Shown here piece after piece: positions 1-12,720 of a stretch of DNA of 64,000 nt (positions are counted from its first letter, which is position 1; every line of letters begins with the position of its first letter). Origin of the DNA: Moniliella sp. 'wahieum'. Its lineage: Eukaryota. The stretch is from the NCBI GenBank assembly GCA_003971905.1, contig RSEE01000066.1:248001-312000 (forward strand), given 5' to 3'. Below the pieces are notes generated by a model. That model searched no databases. It saw only the letters and a list, made by a program, of their open reading frames with translations, and was not told where the DNA came from. The position numbers and the translations under genes were made by a program.

Positions 1-512
1 CCACTCGTCGGCTCCGCCCAAAGAGGGACTAGTGAAGCTTGGCTGGCTACGCCATCCTCGCCCACTGGGGCCGCCTCGATGCCCTAGGATCTATATATGT
101 AGCTGCCCCTTCCGTGCTGGCAGAGGCACCATCCACCCTCTATCTTGATCTACTTTCATGCCCGCCGGGCCTCGCTTCTGCCAGTGGTCGGCCCCATTGT
201 TGATTGAGGGATTGATCAGATCACACGCAAGGTTCCCATGGATAGCACATCACGCTAGTAGTTTAGTTTATCTATATATACAAAGTTCTCCTATGCAAGC
301 CTGCCTGTAAGGCCGTCTTGTAAGGCCGTCTATCCCTTATCAAAGCTGGAGGACTACGAAAGGACGGTTTGCTTGGGACAAGACAGTGTATTGATAGGGG
401 GGGGGGGCAGCCCGGGGAAGGGGGTACGGTACAAGAAGTCATGGTGCATAGTAGGCGCAAAAGTGGGCCAGGCTGCCGAAGGAAAGGGGGGGGGGAAGAT
501 GAATGAGCTGTT

Positions 513-2591
513 TTAGTCTACCGTCTCCATGGTGCTCTCGCCCTCAGGCTCCTCAGCCGCCTTCTCTTCTTCAGGCTCCTCCTCCGTCTCGTCAATCGAG
601 AGGCCGAGCGAGATGAGCTTGAACAGCCGGTTGGCAAAGTCTTGGGGTTGGTCCAGGCTAAAGCCCGAAGTGAGCAGGGCAGTCTCGTAGAGCAGCCAAG
701 TCAAGTCCCGCACCGTCGAATCGGCCGCGTCAGCATCGGCCTTGGCCTGCAGCTCCTTAATAATGGGGTTCTTGGGGTTCACCTCGAGCGTCTTCTTGGA
801 AGACATGTAGGAGCTCATGCTAGTGTCCCGCAACGCCTGCGCCTTCATGATCCGCTCCATGTTAGCCGACCAGCCAAACTGACCAGTGACAAGAGCAACG
901 GGCGAGCCGACAAGGCGGTTCGAAAGAACCACCTTCTCAACCTTGTCCCCGAGGATGTCCTTGATAGCCTTGAGCAGACCCTCGAACTTCTTCGCCTCCT
1001 CCTCACGCGCGGCAATCTCCTCGGGCGTCTCCTCAAGCTCAAGCCCCTCCTTGGAGACCGAGACCAGCTTCTTGCCGTCAAACTCGCGCAGCTGGGTAAC
1101 CGCGTACTCGTCAATCGGGTCCACCATGAGGAGAACCTCAAAGCCCTTCTTCTTGAGCGCCTCCAGAAGAGGAGAGTCGTTGATCGACTGAAGCGACTCG
1201 CCAGTGAGGTAGTAGATGTTCTTTTGCACCTCAGGCATGCGCGTCACGTAGTCCTTGAGGGAAGTGAGCTCATCGCCCGACTTGGTCGAGTTGAAGCGAA
1301 GGAACTCGGCGAGCTTGTTGCGGTTGGTCGAGTCCTCGTGAATACCAAGCTTGATGTTCTTTCCGAAGGCCTCGTAGAACTTCTTGTAGTTCTCCTCGTC
1401 CCCTCGATCTCCGAGATGCACTCGAGGACCTTCTTGACAATGTTCTTACGGATCACCTTCAGAATCTTGTTCTGCTGCAGGGTCTCACGCGAGATGTTGA
1501 GCGGCAGGTCCTCCGAGTCGACAACACCCTTGACAAACGAGAGCCACTCGGGGATGAGGTCCTCACAGTCGTCCATGATGAACACACGACGAACGTAGAG
1601 CTTGATGTTGTTGCGCTTCTTCTTGTTCTCAAAGAGAACAAAGGGAGCACGCTTGGGAATGTAGAGAAGAGCCTTGAACTCAAGCTGGCCCTCAACCGAG
1701 AAGTGCTTGACAGCCAGAGGATCCTCCCAGTCGTTGGTCAGAGACTTGTAGAAGGAGTTGTCTACTCTTCCGGCTCGATCGACTTGGGATCCCGGGTCCA
1801 GAGAGGCTTCGTCTTGTTGAGCTCCTCCTCCTCCTTGACAATCTCCTTAACCTTCTTCTTCTCCTTCTTGTTGTCCTCATCCTCGACCTCCTCGATCTTA
1901 GGCTTCTTGTCATCGTCGGCAGCCTCCTCCTCAACCTCGACCTCCTTCTCGACCTCCTTGGTAACGACGAGCTGGATGGGGTACGAGATGAACTCAGAGT
2001 GCTTCTTGACGATTTCCTTGATCCGCTTCTCCTCCAGGTACTCAAGCTGGTCGTCCTTCATGTGCAGACGCAGCTCCGTACCGCGGCCAATCGAGGGTTG
2101 ACAGTGTCCTGGGTGATGGTGAAGGTGCCACCAGCAGCCGACTCCCAGATGTACTGCTCATCGTCGTTGTTCTTGGTGATGATCTGCACCTTGTCGGCGA
2201 CGAGGTAGGCCGAGTAGAAGCCCACACACAACTGGCCAATCATAGAGATGTCGGCACCAGAGGACAGCGCCTCCATGAATGCCTTGGTGCCCGAGCGAGC
2301 AATGGTACCAATGCTGTTGATCAGTCCGTCTTGGTCATGCCAATACCCGTGTCGCGGATGGAGAGGATCTTGTTTTCCTTGTCGGGGTAATGCGGATGTA
2401 GAGCTCCTTCTCCTCGTCCAGAGTGGGGTCGGTGAGGCGGCATAGCGGATCTTGTCGAGCGCATCCGAGGCGTTGGAGATGAGTTCACGGAGGAAGATCT
2501 CCTTGTTGGAGTAGAAGGTGTTGATGATCAGGTCCAGCAGCTGGCTGATGTCGGCGGCAAAGCCAAAAGTTTCCGAGTTGGACGACGACAT
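513..2591 (-). CDS. HSP90: Heat shock protein 90 (cytosolic), frameshifted in this assembly
   Basis: Consecutive minus-strand ORFs carry hallmark motifs [43 protein letters not shown], [25 protein letters not shown] and end in METVD; several 1-nt frameshifts. Confidence 0.97.
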
Positions 2592-2656
2592 GGTGACGAC
2601 GGCAAGGGGAAGGTATGTGGTGGGGGAAGCAGGCGCAGGGGGCGAGGGCTGGCGAG

Positions 2657-2790
2657 GTTTTATACGCCGGTTGGTGCGCTCGGGACACGGGCCCGCCTCG
2701 ACGGACGCAGGAAGCTTGGGCACGGGGGCAGCCACAGCCGTTTGCCCCCGCAGTGGAACCTGGACGAAGGTGTTCCACTCGCTTCCCAGC
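2657..2790 (-). promoter_or_regulatory. HSP90 promoter: TATA box and putative heat-shock elements
   Basis: TATAAAA on the minus strand at ~2658-2664; clustered nGAAn/nTTCn units at ~2753-2788; shared divergent region with CGR1. Confidence 0.5.
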
Positions 2791-3034
2791 TGCCACAGCG
2801 CCAGCCAGCCGCGTATCTGCAATGTTCATCCACCCCGTCACGTGACACCTGCATCATCACCGATTGGTCACAGCCATCACATGTCCCACCCGGTCCCATT
2901 CGGCGCCAATCAGTGCTCGGTTCCGCTATTGCATCATTCCGCTCAAAATTTCCCTCGCCCGCTTTCTCTGGCGGCGCCACGGCGGCAGCATTGTGCCTAC
3001 ACCAACCACCACCCTACTGCTCCTGCCTGCAATC

Positions 3035-3482
3035 ATGCCGCCCATCTCTGCCACAACCACAAGCAAGTGCGTAGTGCCTCCTCTCTCGCGATCGCTGCTG
3101 CCCGTACGCGTACTGACTCGGACGTGCCAGGTCGCCTTATGCCGAGTCGTCGACGGCCGCTTCCGTGCCGAGCAATAAGCGGGCGGTCAGCAGCCAGGAC
3201 GCCAACTTGCCACCGGCCAACGATGTGCCGTGCAAGCCCAAGAAGACCAAGTGGGAGCGCAGGATGCGCGATCGGGCGCAGCAGGCTGGCATCAAAGCGC
3301 TCGAGCGCGAGCTCAAAACGGAGCGCGAGACGGAACGTGAACAGCATGTGGCGCGCATCAAGGAGCGGAGGCAAAAGGCAGCGAACAAGGCACGGATCGA
3401 GGAGCTTGCCAAGAAGATGTCGGGCAAGCGTCTGGAGCGGCAGAAGCGCCGCATGGGCCTTACCAAGAAGATTGCGCACTGA
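3035..3482 (+). CDS. CGR1: rRNA-processing protein Cgr1
   Basis: ATG 3035; intron 3067-3130 (GTGCGT..CTGAC..CAG); basic coiled coil KWERRM...ELAKKMSGKRLERQKRRMGLTKKIAH typical of Cgr1. Confidence 0.85.
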
Positions 3483-3883
3483 TGTAGCTGCTGTGCGATG
3501 TGATGTGCTGGGCTGTACTGTACTGATGCTATCGATGCGTGTCTGCGAGACGCGAGGACCGCCCATTGCCCATGCGAGAGCAGTGGGATATCGATAATTG
3601 CAGAAATGCTGGACGGGCAGAACAGACAACACAAATGCAATGTTGAAACAGACTGCTGACGTGGCCGCCGTGCCGCGTGCTGCCCTTGGCTGCCCCAGCT
3701 GCGTCCGCACCAGCCGGCGCTTGCCTGGATTGGGTCGGCAGGCCCACGCGCTAGGGTTGCTGGCCACACCACGTCACACTCGCCCCGTGCCAGGCTGCCC
3801 CCCTCCCCCCGCCCTGTCCGCTGCGCCGCCCACGCCGCCGCTCCTTCGCTTCCCCCTCCATCGCCCAGCCCGCCTGCCCGAGC

Positions 3884-6800
3884 ATGAAGGCTGCCTTGCC
3901 TCGCACGGCCACCGTCGCCTGGTCGCCTGAGGGCCTGGCCACCGGCACGCCCATCCTCGCCACCGGCACTGTATCGGGCGCCCTCGACGACTCCTTCTCC
4001 TCCGACTCTGTCCTTGAGCTCTGGCAGCCCGACTATGCCGGCCGCCGCGACGACCTCAAGCCTATCGTCTCTGTGTCGGCAGGCGCACGGTATGTGTCCC
4101 TGTCTCTTCTTGTGGGCCATTCCCTCATATTGCTGACCATTCTCCCTTCCAGCTTCCACCGCCTCAAGTGGGGGTACGTGGCTCCGGCTCACCCCAGTGG
4201 TGTGCTTGCTGCTGGTCTCGACAATGGTGAGTTTGCCGCCTGGGATGCTTCCAAACTGCTCGCTGGGTCAGTTAGCGATGCCCAAATCTTCCGCAATAAC
4301 CGCCACCGTGGCCCTGTGCGCGGCGTCGACTTCAACAAGCTCTCGCCCAACCTGCTAGGTTCGGGCGGTGTCAACGGCGAATCTACATTTGGGACCTGCA
4401 TGACCCACGCCAGGCCTACTCGCCCGGCGAGCGCTCAGCCAAGCTTGGCGACATCACCGCCCTTGCCTGGAACAACAAGGTGCCTCCTATTCTAGCATCG
4501 GCATCCAACAGCGGCAATACAGTTGTCTGGGACTTGCGTAACAAGTCGGAGGTTCTTGCCTGACATACGGTGGCGCTGGCCCGGCTGGAACCGCCTTTGG
4601 AGCACCTGGTGCACGTTCAGGTGGTACTAGCTCTGTCGCCTGGCATCCACACACTGCTACTCGTCTTGTCACGGCAAGTGAAGATGATGCCAACCCGGTC
4701 ATCTCAGTATGGAACCTGCGCAATGCCCACGCCCTGAGGTTATTCTTCAGGGCCACACGAGGGGAATCCTGTCTGTCGGGTGGTGCATGGCTGATGAGGA
4801 CCTGCTCGTATCGTGCGGCAAAGACAACCGAACCCTTCTCTGGAACCCGAAGACCGGCCAAAATGTGGGTGAGCTCTCCCCCAGTACCAATTGGACTTTT
4901 GACGCCCAGTGGTGCCCAAGCGATCCCAACCTGATTGCAACAGCCAGCTTTGATGGCCAGATTGGCGTCCACTCCTCCATCCCTCCAATCAATCGAGAAT
5001 GAGGAGACGGCTGCGGCTGCGGCCCGGGAACACGAGCAGGCCGCTGCAGTGGACGACAACGACTTTTTCAACAACCTCCCTAGCGTCACCGCTCCCCGTT
5101 GCCCGGTGTCATTGGTTCAGCCCCCGAAATGGCTTCGGCGTCCCACCGCGGCTGCCTTCTCATTGGCGGGCAGCTCGTTTCCATTCATCCCAACCACTCT
5201 GGGGTACACATCCGCCAAGTCGTCACTGAGCCCGGCATTGTGGACCGAGCCGAGCGCTTCAACAAGCTGTGGCAAGCGGCACCCTGGCCGAGTTTGCCGC
5301 GGACAAGGCCAAGCTGCCGATACCGATGGCTCCAACCCCGAGGAGGCGTCTAACTGGGCCTCCCTCCAAACCCTGTTCAATGCGGTGCACGGGATGAGCT
5401 CATCACCCTTCTTGGAGTGACAAAACAAGAGCTGGAGCAAACCATTGTGCCTGCCCTCGAGCAAGCTAGGGCGACTCTTGGTGGCCTGCTGGGTCCAAGC
5501 CAGGAGGCCCCAGTTCAAGAGGAGCTTGTTGCACCTCCTCAACCCGATCCTTTCGCCGATGGTGATGCGAATGGAGGCGAAGACTTTTTCGACAACCTGG
5601 GTGCCTCTGCCCAAGCCCCTGTTGCTGCTGCTGCTCCGGTCTCGGGAGATGTGCCCGCTGCAGTGGTCGAAAAAGGCCCCTTCTCCATCTACCCTGCTCA
5701 CGAGAATGCGGTGGACCAGGATATAACCCGTGCCTTGATTTTGGGTGACTTTGAGAGCGCGGTGTCCCTGTGCTTATCGGTGGAGCGGTACGCAGACGCT
5801 ATTCTCCTTGCGGTCCGCGGCGGAGATGAGCTGCTGGCCAAGACCCAGTCGGTTTACTTTGCCAAGAACAGTAGTACAAGCTCCTTCTTGCGCGTGTACC
5901 AATCTATTGTTTCGGAGGACCTTGCGGACGTTGTGGCTTTGCCGACTTGGCCGACTGGCAACAAACGTTTGTGGTGCTGTGCACCTACGCCAAGTCGGAG
6001 GACTTTGGCGTACTGACCGAAGCACTGGGCCAACGCTTGGAAGACTTATACTATTCTGGCCAAGATCCGACGCCCGCAAAAACGCTACAGTTTGCTACCT
6101 TGCAGCTGGCAGGTTGGAAAAGATGGCCCAAATTTGGGGTGACGAGATGGCGGAGCAAGAGGCTGCCATCCTTGCAGCTGCTGAAAACGGTACACTGGAC
6201 CCGGCCTATTCCAGCGCGGCGCCTCTTCGCCCACGCCGAGGCGTTGCAAGCGTTCATTGAGAAAATTATGGTCTTCGAATCGGCGGTGGGGTATGTGGAT
6301 GTGGACTTGCAAAACCCACCTGGTTCGGTCCCAGAAGATGGTTATAAGCTTGCCCCGCTTTACGACCGTCTTCTCGAGTACGTCAACTTATGGCGGACCA
6401 GGGCTTGACGGACGCAGCTGCCGCGTTCCTTCAGCGCACCCCAGCTGGGTATTTGTCCCTCAAGGGCGCCGACGCTGCCCTCGAGCTCCTCCAGGCCAAG
6501 GGGGTGGCACGCACCGGCACGGGATGGTCAGGCTTCGCTTGCGCCCTCAGCCAATCCATATGGTGCTGCGCCTGCCTCTTCTCGTACGCCCCATCCGCCC
6601 CTGCCGTTCCATCTTGGTAAATGGTGGGTACGGAGGGAGTTACGCTCCTCCTACTCCAGCCAAGCCTGTCGCGCCTGCACTGGCCGTTGCTAGTCCTTAC
6701 ACTCCTGTGGCCCCTATGGTGCCCACGGTGGAACCCCCCGTGCCACGGCCTCGAACCCGTATGCTGCTCCGTCCAATCCGTATGCGCCTGCGCCCGGGGT

Positions 6801-7888
6801 CGGCTCACCTGCCACCTCGTTTGCGACTCCGTACGGGGCGACGCCCTATGGAGCCCCGGTCCCCCCCCGACAATGGCTCAGACTTTGGCGCATCAAGCCG
6901 CCGCCACTCCTGCCACGCCGCCGCCCAAGCGAGACGTGAGCGGTTGGAACGACATCCCGACCCTCGCTGCCCGACGTCCAGCAAGCGGAATGGGGCATCG
7001 TGCTGCTCCCATCACAGCCCCGTTCCCCAACATGCCTGCTGTTTCCGCACCCGGACAACCCCCATTGGCCCCCCTCAGGGTCCACCCCGGGGCTGACCCC
7101 TAGGGGCTCTACTGCTTCGCGCCTGCTCTTGGTGGACCGCCAATGGGTCCTCCTATGCGTGCTCGTACTCCGGGTATGCCGGTTCCTGGTTCGCCAGCGG
7201 GATCGATGCGTGGTGGACTGATGGGTCCCCCACGGGGTAGTCTAGCAGCGCCGCGGGGCAGGGTCTACTTTCTCCTCCGCTTCGAGCCCGGACACCATGG
7301 GTCCACCCCAGCCGAACCCTTACGCGCCACCGCCATCGATGGCACCGCAGGGTGGTGTCAACGGCTACCGCTCCAGCCCCCCCTGGATTTGCTCCGCTCA
7401 CGCCCCAGTTGACCGGGGGACCGCCGGGCTTTGTCCCTCCGCCGATTCAGGGCCCTGCTCGGATGGGCACCCCTGGTATTGCGATGGCACCTCCGCCTGG
7501 CAGTGGGGCCGGCGCGCCGCCTCCGCGGCCGACGACGCCCCAGGTCCCGGGTCTGAAGTACCCGCCGGGCGACCGGACGCATGTTCCTCCGGCCCACAAG
7601 CCCATCGTTGGTGTTCTTAGCGGCGAGGTGGTCAAGTTCCGTGCCAGTGGCGTGCCGAAGCGAATGGCGGATGACGTGGAGGGACGGATTGGGGTGCTGT
7701 TGGATGCGCTCAACAATGAGATTGTGCCTGAACCGGTAATTGCCTTGTTGCACGAACTGTGCAAGGCGATCGTGGCGCGCAACGCGCCTGCCGCTCTCGA
7801 CATCCACGTCCAACTGGCCACGATGGTTTCTGGGGACCTGCAACGCGCGTGCGTGGGCATCAAGCAGCTCGTCTCCCATATGCGTTGA
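3884..7888 (+). CDS. SEC31: COPII coat subunit Sec31
   Basis: N-terminal RTATVAWSP...GTVSGALDDSFSSDSVLELW WD40 region, PPKWLRRP, ALILGDFESAV, Pro-rich region with GWND, KYPPGDRTH and C-terminal helical domain; intron ~4090-4152; multiple frameshifts. Confidence 0.95.
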
Positions 7889-9126
7889 GATGAAGGTGCT
7901 TGAATCGGCAGCTCGCATGACCCTGCCTTCCCGCTCGTACCTTCCTTTCCTGACCCGGTTTGGGTTGTCCAAGAAAAGCTCTGCTTTGGCCTCTGTGTGC
8001 CCCACGCTCGCTCTGCCCCTTTCTTGCTCTGATCTCTCATTCGGCTTCTCACGACGGCCTGGCCAGTCAGTGGGATCATTGGCGGGCGCGTCCAAAAGAA
8101 TGATGCCTCTGTTTCGCACCCAAAGTTTGCTGGTGGAGAGGTCTGGTAGTACCCAGTAGCAAGCTCACTGTCTCTATAGTTGGTTGTTATTGCGCGCTCT
8201 ATGTATCTTCTGTCTGAATCCCGTTCGCCCTCTGCTTATTTTATGCGTGTATCCGCATCCAGTCCTATAGCGATTTCCTATTTCACTGCCCGCTCCCTTT
8301 TCGCTCGGCTTTCGGCTGCGGCTCGTGCAGTAGCGCAGAAAAAACGGCTCGACCGTTGCTGCGTCACGCGTCACGGGACTTCCTTTGTCCTTGTTGCAAC
8401 TTGCCCATCATGCATCATGGCTCTCACTTTCATTCTCTCTTGAAGCTTGAAGCTTGAAGCTTGAGGCGAGGGCGGCGTTCGCCCACTGCATGCCTATTAA
8501 ACCATTCCCGCACCGTCCCGTCGAAGATGTAAAAGGCGCAATCTCGAGAAGCTTCAAGGCTGTACGCGTGGCAGCCCCTGAGCGCCTGAGCACTCTATGC
8601 GCCCAAATCATGTCGTGCCGTCGAGTCCCCTCGCTGGAGCAAGAGATATGGTCGAAGCTTCGATCTGCTTAATTGTGGGCGTTGTTTTGCGCCCGGCCAT
8701 GCAGTCGTCCCGCAGTGTGAAGACTTTGCGACTTTTATGCTTCCGCACTGATGAGCGTGGTGCAGCCTCATCAACGAGATGAGAACCTAGCGGCGTACCG
8801 TGCAGACAGCGTCTGCCCTCTCAAGTCACTTTCGATCCTCCTTTCCCCCGGGCTGTACTAGTCCACGCGTAAACGCCTGCTCACACAGTGCTTTTTTCCC
8901 TAAGTTGTCTGTTGCGTTTATTGTGAATTGGCTCTCTCGTAGGCATACCATTGCGTGGCATACTCATATGCCATTTATGTCTAGAGGGCTGCATGGGCAT
9001 CCTGACCACACAGCTATGAGCTGGGTATAGCTAGTAGATGCATCCGTGCGCAAAACACAGGCTAGGGAAGGGAAGCTGTGTACGTTTTATTTTACTTGTG
9101 TCGTCGCTCCGGAGAGAGCTACTGTT

Positions 9127-9473
9127 TGTTAGAGGGTACTGCTAGGGTTCTCCTGCGCGGCCCTCAATGGATCGGTGACGCTCGCCTAGCCGAGCGGAAG
9201 CGTTCCGCTCGCAGCGCGCCGCCCGCTCGCTCCATCTCCCTTCTCTCTCTCCTTTCTCCTTCCCTTCAGACGTTGCTTGAAGACTTGTGGCTCACCACTT
9301 TGCCTTCACGCCTTGTCTGAAGGTACGCCTCTGCTTCCTTCTTGACCTGTTGCTCCTCACAATGAGACGTTGCTTGAAGACTTGTGGCTCACCACTTTGC
9401 CTTCACGCTTGTCTGAAGGCTGCTTCGCAGCTGATCCATAGGATCGCGAGTGCTCCCAAGTCGCACTCTAGCA
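9127..9473. mobile_element. Solo LTR (347 bp)
   Basis: TG...CA termini with imperfect inverted ends (TGTTAGAG / CTCTAGCA); perfect 5-bp TSD CTGTT at 9122-9126 and 9474-9478; internal ~55-bp duplication (9268-9323, 9365-9419). Confidence 0.75.
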
Positions 9474-9654
9474 CTGTTCGGAAGCTTTAAACGCGCTGCG
9501 CCACAATCCGCCACCCACCACCAGTCCAAGCTCTTCTGCTGTTAAAGGGGATGGGCCCCTGAGGGTTGGCCATTTGGGATGTGCCCATACCGACACTCCT
9601 CTTGCTCCTCACCCCCACAGCTCTCCACTCGCCCCTCTCAACCAACACCCACCA

Positions 9655-10310
9655 TGGAGAACCTCGTCACCGCCGCAACTCAAGTCTTGGGCGGGACACG
9701 CATGTCGCACAACAGCAGCCCCATCCAAGCTCCTCCAGCACCTTTGATTTGGGCAGCATGTTCGGGCTGCCACCAGCACGCATCGAAGCGGCACGATGGA
9801 CGCCAGTGCATTCAGCTCGATTGCTTCCTCGCTCCTCTCCAAGAAAGAAAATCCCAGCGACCCGGGTGCGAGCGAGGAGGAGATCAAGGCCTTGAACAAG
9901 AATGTCCAGCAGGGCAACGCCCCCGTCTCGTCTCGTGACATTGGTGCTTCTGCCGCGCTGAGCGCTATCCAATCGGTGCTCGGTGGCTCGCAGGTCATTC
10001 CGCTTCAGCCAGTCCAGCGGAGGGAGCGGCGGGATCGAGTCTGAATTGATGGGTGTCGCGATGGCCCATGCCTCGGACATTTTCGAGTCGAAGCAGGCCC
10101 AAGGCCTGCTTTCGAGTGCGTCCAAGAACGAGGGGTGCAGCAAGCAGGTGAGATGGTGATGAAGATGGTGATGAAAGAAAAGGTACGTGAGACTGGCTGG
10201 CCGAACGCAGCTACCTGTACTCCTGTACTAATTCTAGTCTTTGCTAATGTGTAATACCACAGCTACAGAGCTCGGGTGGCCTGGGTGCACTAGCTGCCAA
10301 GTTTATGTAG
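9655..10310 (+). CDS. Small Gly/Ser-rich protein resembling the basidiomycete 'beta-flanking' protein
   Basis: MENLVTAATQVLGG...SRDIGASAALSAIQ...LMGVAMAHASDIFE...QQAGEMVMKMVMKEK; intron ~10183-10262; last exon LQSSGGLGALAAKFM*; family call from motif recall. Confidence 0.6.
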
Positions 10311-10480
10311 GGCGAGAAGAGATAACTAGTGTTGGGCGTGAACACGCTGAAACTACAAGCCTGGCCAAGACGTTGAATCATCTGTGGCTCTATCTTGGTC
10401 TATGTTCTCTTTGGTCTGTGTCAGATGAACGGAGGGGGCCAAAGTACACGAACCACATAGAAATCTACTCCTACATAAAA

Positions 10481-10761
10481 TCTATCCTCCATAAAATTGG
10501 GGCGTTTTTTTCTGGCGCCAGCCATACAAGATATGTGGTAAGCGTGCCACCCGGCACGTTCCAGGCCGACGCAGCCAGGCGGATGCACATGGGTGATAAA
10601 ATTCCTCCAGCGTGGAACGGTGGCTACGGTGGCGACGGGGTTGGAACGGTAGATCGGTGGACTGTTGGAACGGTGGCTAAGGTGGCGAGCAAGCACAAAG
10701 CACAAAGCACAAAGTGGGGCGAAGCCCCGCTGACCGGGCCGTAGGCCCGGTGGTCTTCTAG
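10481..10761 (+). mobile_element. Non-autonomous Helitron, subfamily A (empty copy)
   Basis: A|TCTAT... 5' end; 3' hairpin ACCGGGCC-GTA-GGCCCGGT followed by CTTCTAG|T; sits in an A/T dinucleotide without TSD; near-identical inverted copy at 13073-13334. Confidence 0.85.
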
Positions 10762-10899
10762 TGGGTTGGAAAAGAGAAACAATAAAGGACGCCCATATAA
10801 TAGAAGAACATTTGCGCCGCAAATGGATGGGCATGGCTGGCAGCGGACGGTTGATAATGCATGTCCGACTAACCAGGGCTAGTTCGCTTGCTTGTTCGC

Positions 10900-11712
10900 T
10901 TACTCCTCAGCTAGCCACTCTTCCGCCTGTGGCCCGGCATAGGCAATGTATGGCACCCGCTGTAATGAGGGCGCATTCTCAGCTGCGACAGAACCGCAGA
11001 CCCAGGACCAGCCCAGACCGGCCAGTAGGAAGATGATGCTGAGCACCTTCCATCGAAAGAGGATGTTCAAGACCATAAACCCCCCAATCCACGCCCCCCC
11101 ACAAATGCTGGATTGGTACGCGTGGAAGCGAGCCAAGTCCTGGCAACATTAAAGAAAGTAGGGGTCAAACCAACCGCGAAAGCAAACAGGAAAGCGAAAA
11201 CAAAAGTAAGACCACATGCAGACACTTTTGTCAGCCCTTCTGACCCACAGTCCACAGAGAAGGAGTGGCCCACTCAACGTACATTCTCCGTCTCGCAGAT
11301 GAGGACTGCAACGCTGCTAAACGGAGGAAGAGCCATGCAGCCCAACAGAGGTTGGAGATGCTCCAGCCGTGGAGGAAGAATAGGCGGTGGTGCCTCGGTG
11401 TTGGGTTCCTGGACCAATGCCAGCTCCAAGCGTCCTGCTGATGGAGGGGGTGGGCACGTGGCCAGGCGGTGGGCGGGTGCCAGAGGCCGGGATGGGGCTG
11501 GGTCGACGAGGCATAGGATGGGGGCATGCCGTGTGAGCCAGATTGATACGAGTCAATGTCATATCCCTCGTGGTCATCAAAGGATCGGTGTGCTTCGGGG
11601 GCGGCGGGCGCAGAGGCCGCCGTCGGAGGGTGGGAGGAAGGGGGCACGCTGCGGGCGGCGGGGGCGGTCGGAAGGGGGGAGGAGGCAGGGTGTGCTTGGC
11701 GTCAACCAGCAT
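10900..11712 (-). CDS. Conserved fungal small multi-pass membrane protein (Pro-rich N-terminus)
   Basis: PPFSSVAVLICETEN / intron ~11281-11140 / DLARFHAYQS...GPQAEEWLAEE*; hydrophobic segments; start approximate because of frameshifts. Confidence 0.6.
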
Positions 11713-12484
11713 GTTCAGCGCCACGCACGCAGCGTCAATGGAGATGGCGGCGGCGACCACAACTGCCAACGGCAACGAACCGCAACGGCAGAGCGAGCAG
11801 CAAAGCAGCAGCGCACTGATATCTGCCGGGTGAACTGCGAAGCGCACGTCACGTAGCGCAAGCACACTGACTGTATCGCCCTTGCCCTGCCGCTCCACAA
11901 CTAGCACCGCGTATGTCACGTGGCACGTCACCCTGTCGCCGGACACCCGAGGGTTGCCTCGTCGCAACAGTGGCGCCTCCCTTGCCCTCTCCTGGCACCG
12001 CCGCATCATACATTCTGCACCAGCCCTCCGACGGGCAAAATATAGCTCGAAACAGTATCTCTTTCCATTGCCACGGCCCTCTATGTCTCTTTGTCTGCAA
12101 TCGAGGATAGAAGGAATGCCCCATCATATATGGAGAGAAAAGGTCTGGCGAAATCAGACGCTTGCCATGGACCTCTGGTTCTCACCCCCCCCCCCCAACC
12201 TGGGTAGCCCCAAACACCAAACAGCAAAACATCTTGGCGTTCAACGTTCAAACTTCAAGTTCTTCAAGGCCGAGGAAAAGCCCAAATGGCTTTTTTTTTC
12301 CTCTTTTTGGCCACATGTGACGGCTACACAGTCCTGTGCTTATTGGCAGGATCAAGGGGGCGGTGAGGTGACACTACCACCTGTCGTGTCTATGGGACTC
12401 CTCCTTAGAGCTCATCATATCTTTGGAGGGAACTCTCTATATAATACCTGAAGAGAGGTATGTGAGAACGCAATTTGTAAATGA

Positions 12485-12720
12485 CGAGGAGACCACCGGG
12501 CCTACGGCCCGGTCAGCTGGGCTTCGCCCCAGCTTGGTGCTGCGTCGCAGCCGCCACCGTAGCCACCGTTCCCCGTCGCCACCTTAGCCACCGTTCCCCT
12601 TCGCCAGTAGTTATAATATCCGATACGCGGCTGGCTGGGGTGGCTGGGGTGGCTGGCTGCGCCCCGGTGGCTTACGCAATGCTGATGTAAAAGAGTGGTG
12701 CACACCCGTTTGGGATTATA
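12485..12720 (-). mobile_element. Non-autonomous Helitron, subfamily B (3' end CTCG), 5' end interrupted by a retrotransposon fragment
   Basis: Same terminal hairpin ACCGGGCCGTAGGCCCGGT, ends CTCCTCG|T on the minus strand; internal GGAACGGTGGCTA repeats shared with the 26439-26682 copy. Confidence 0.75.

Noticed and set aside
9655..10310. Mating-type HD locus implied by a beta-flanking-like gene
   Set aside because: No homeodomain, MIP1, pheromone or pheromone-receptor genes are recognisable nearby.
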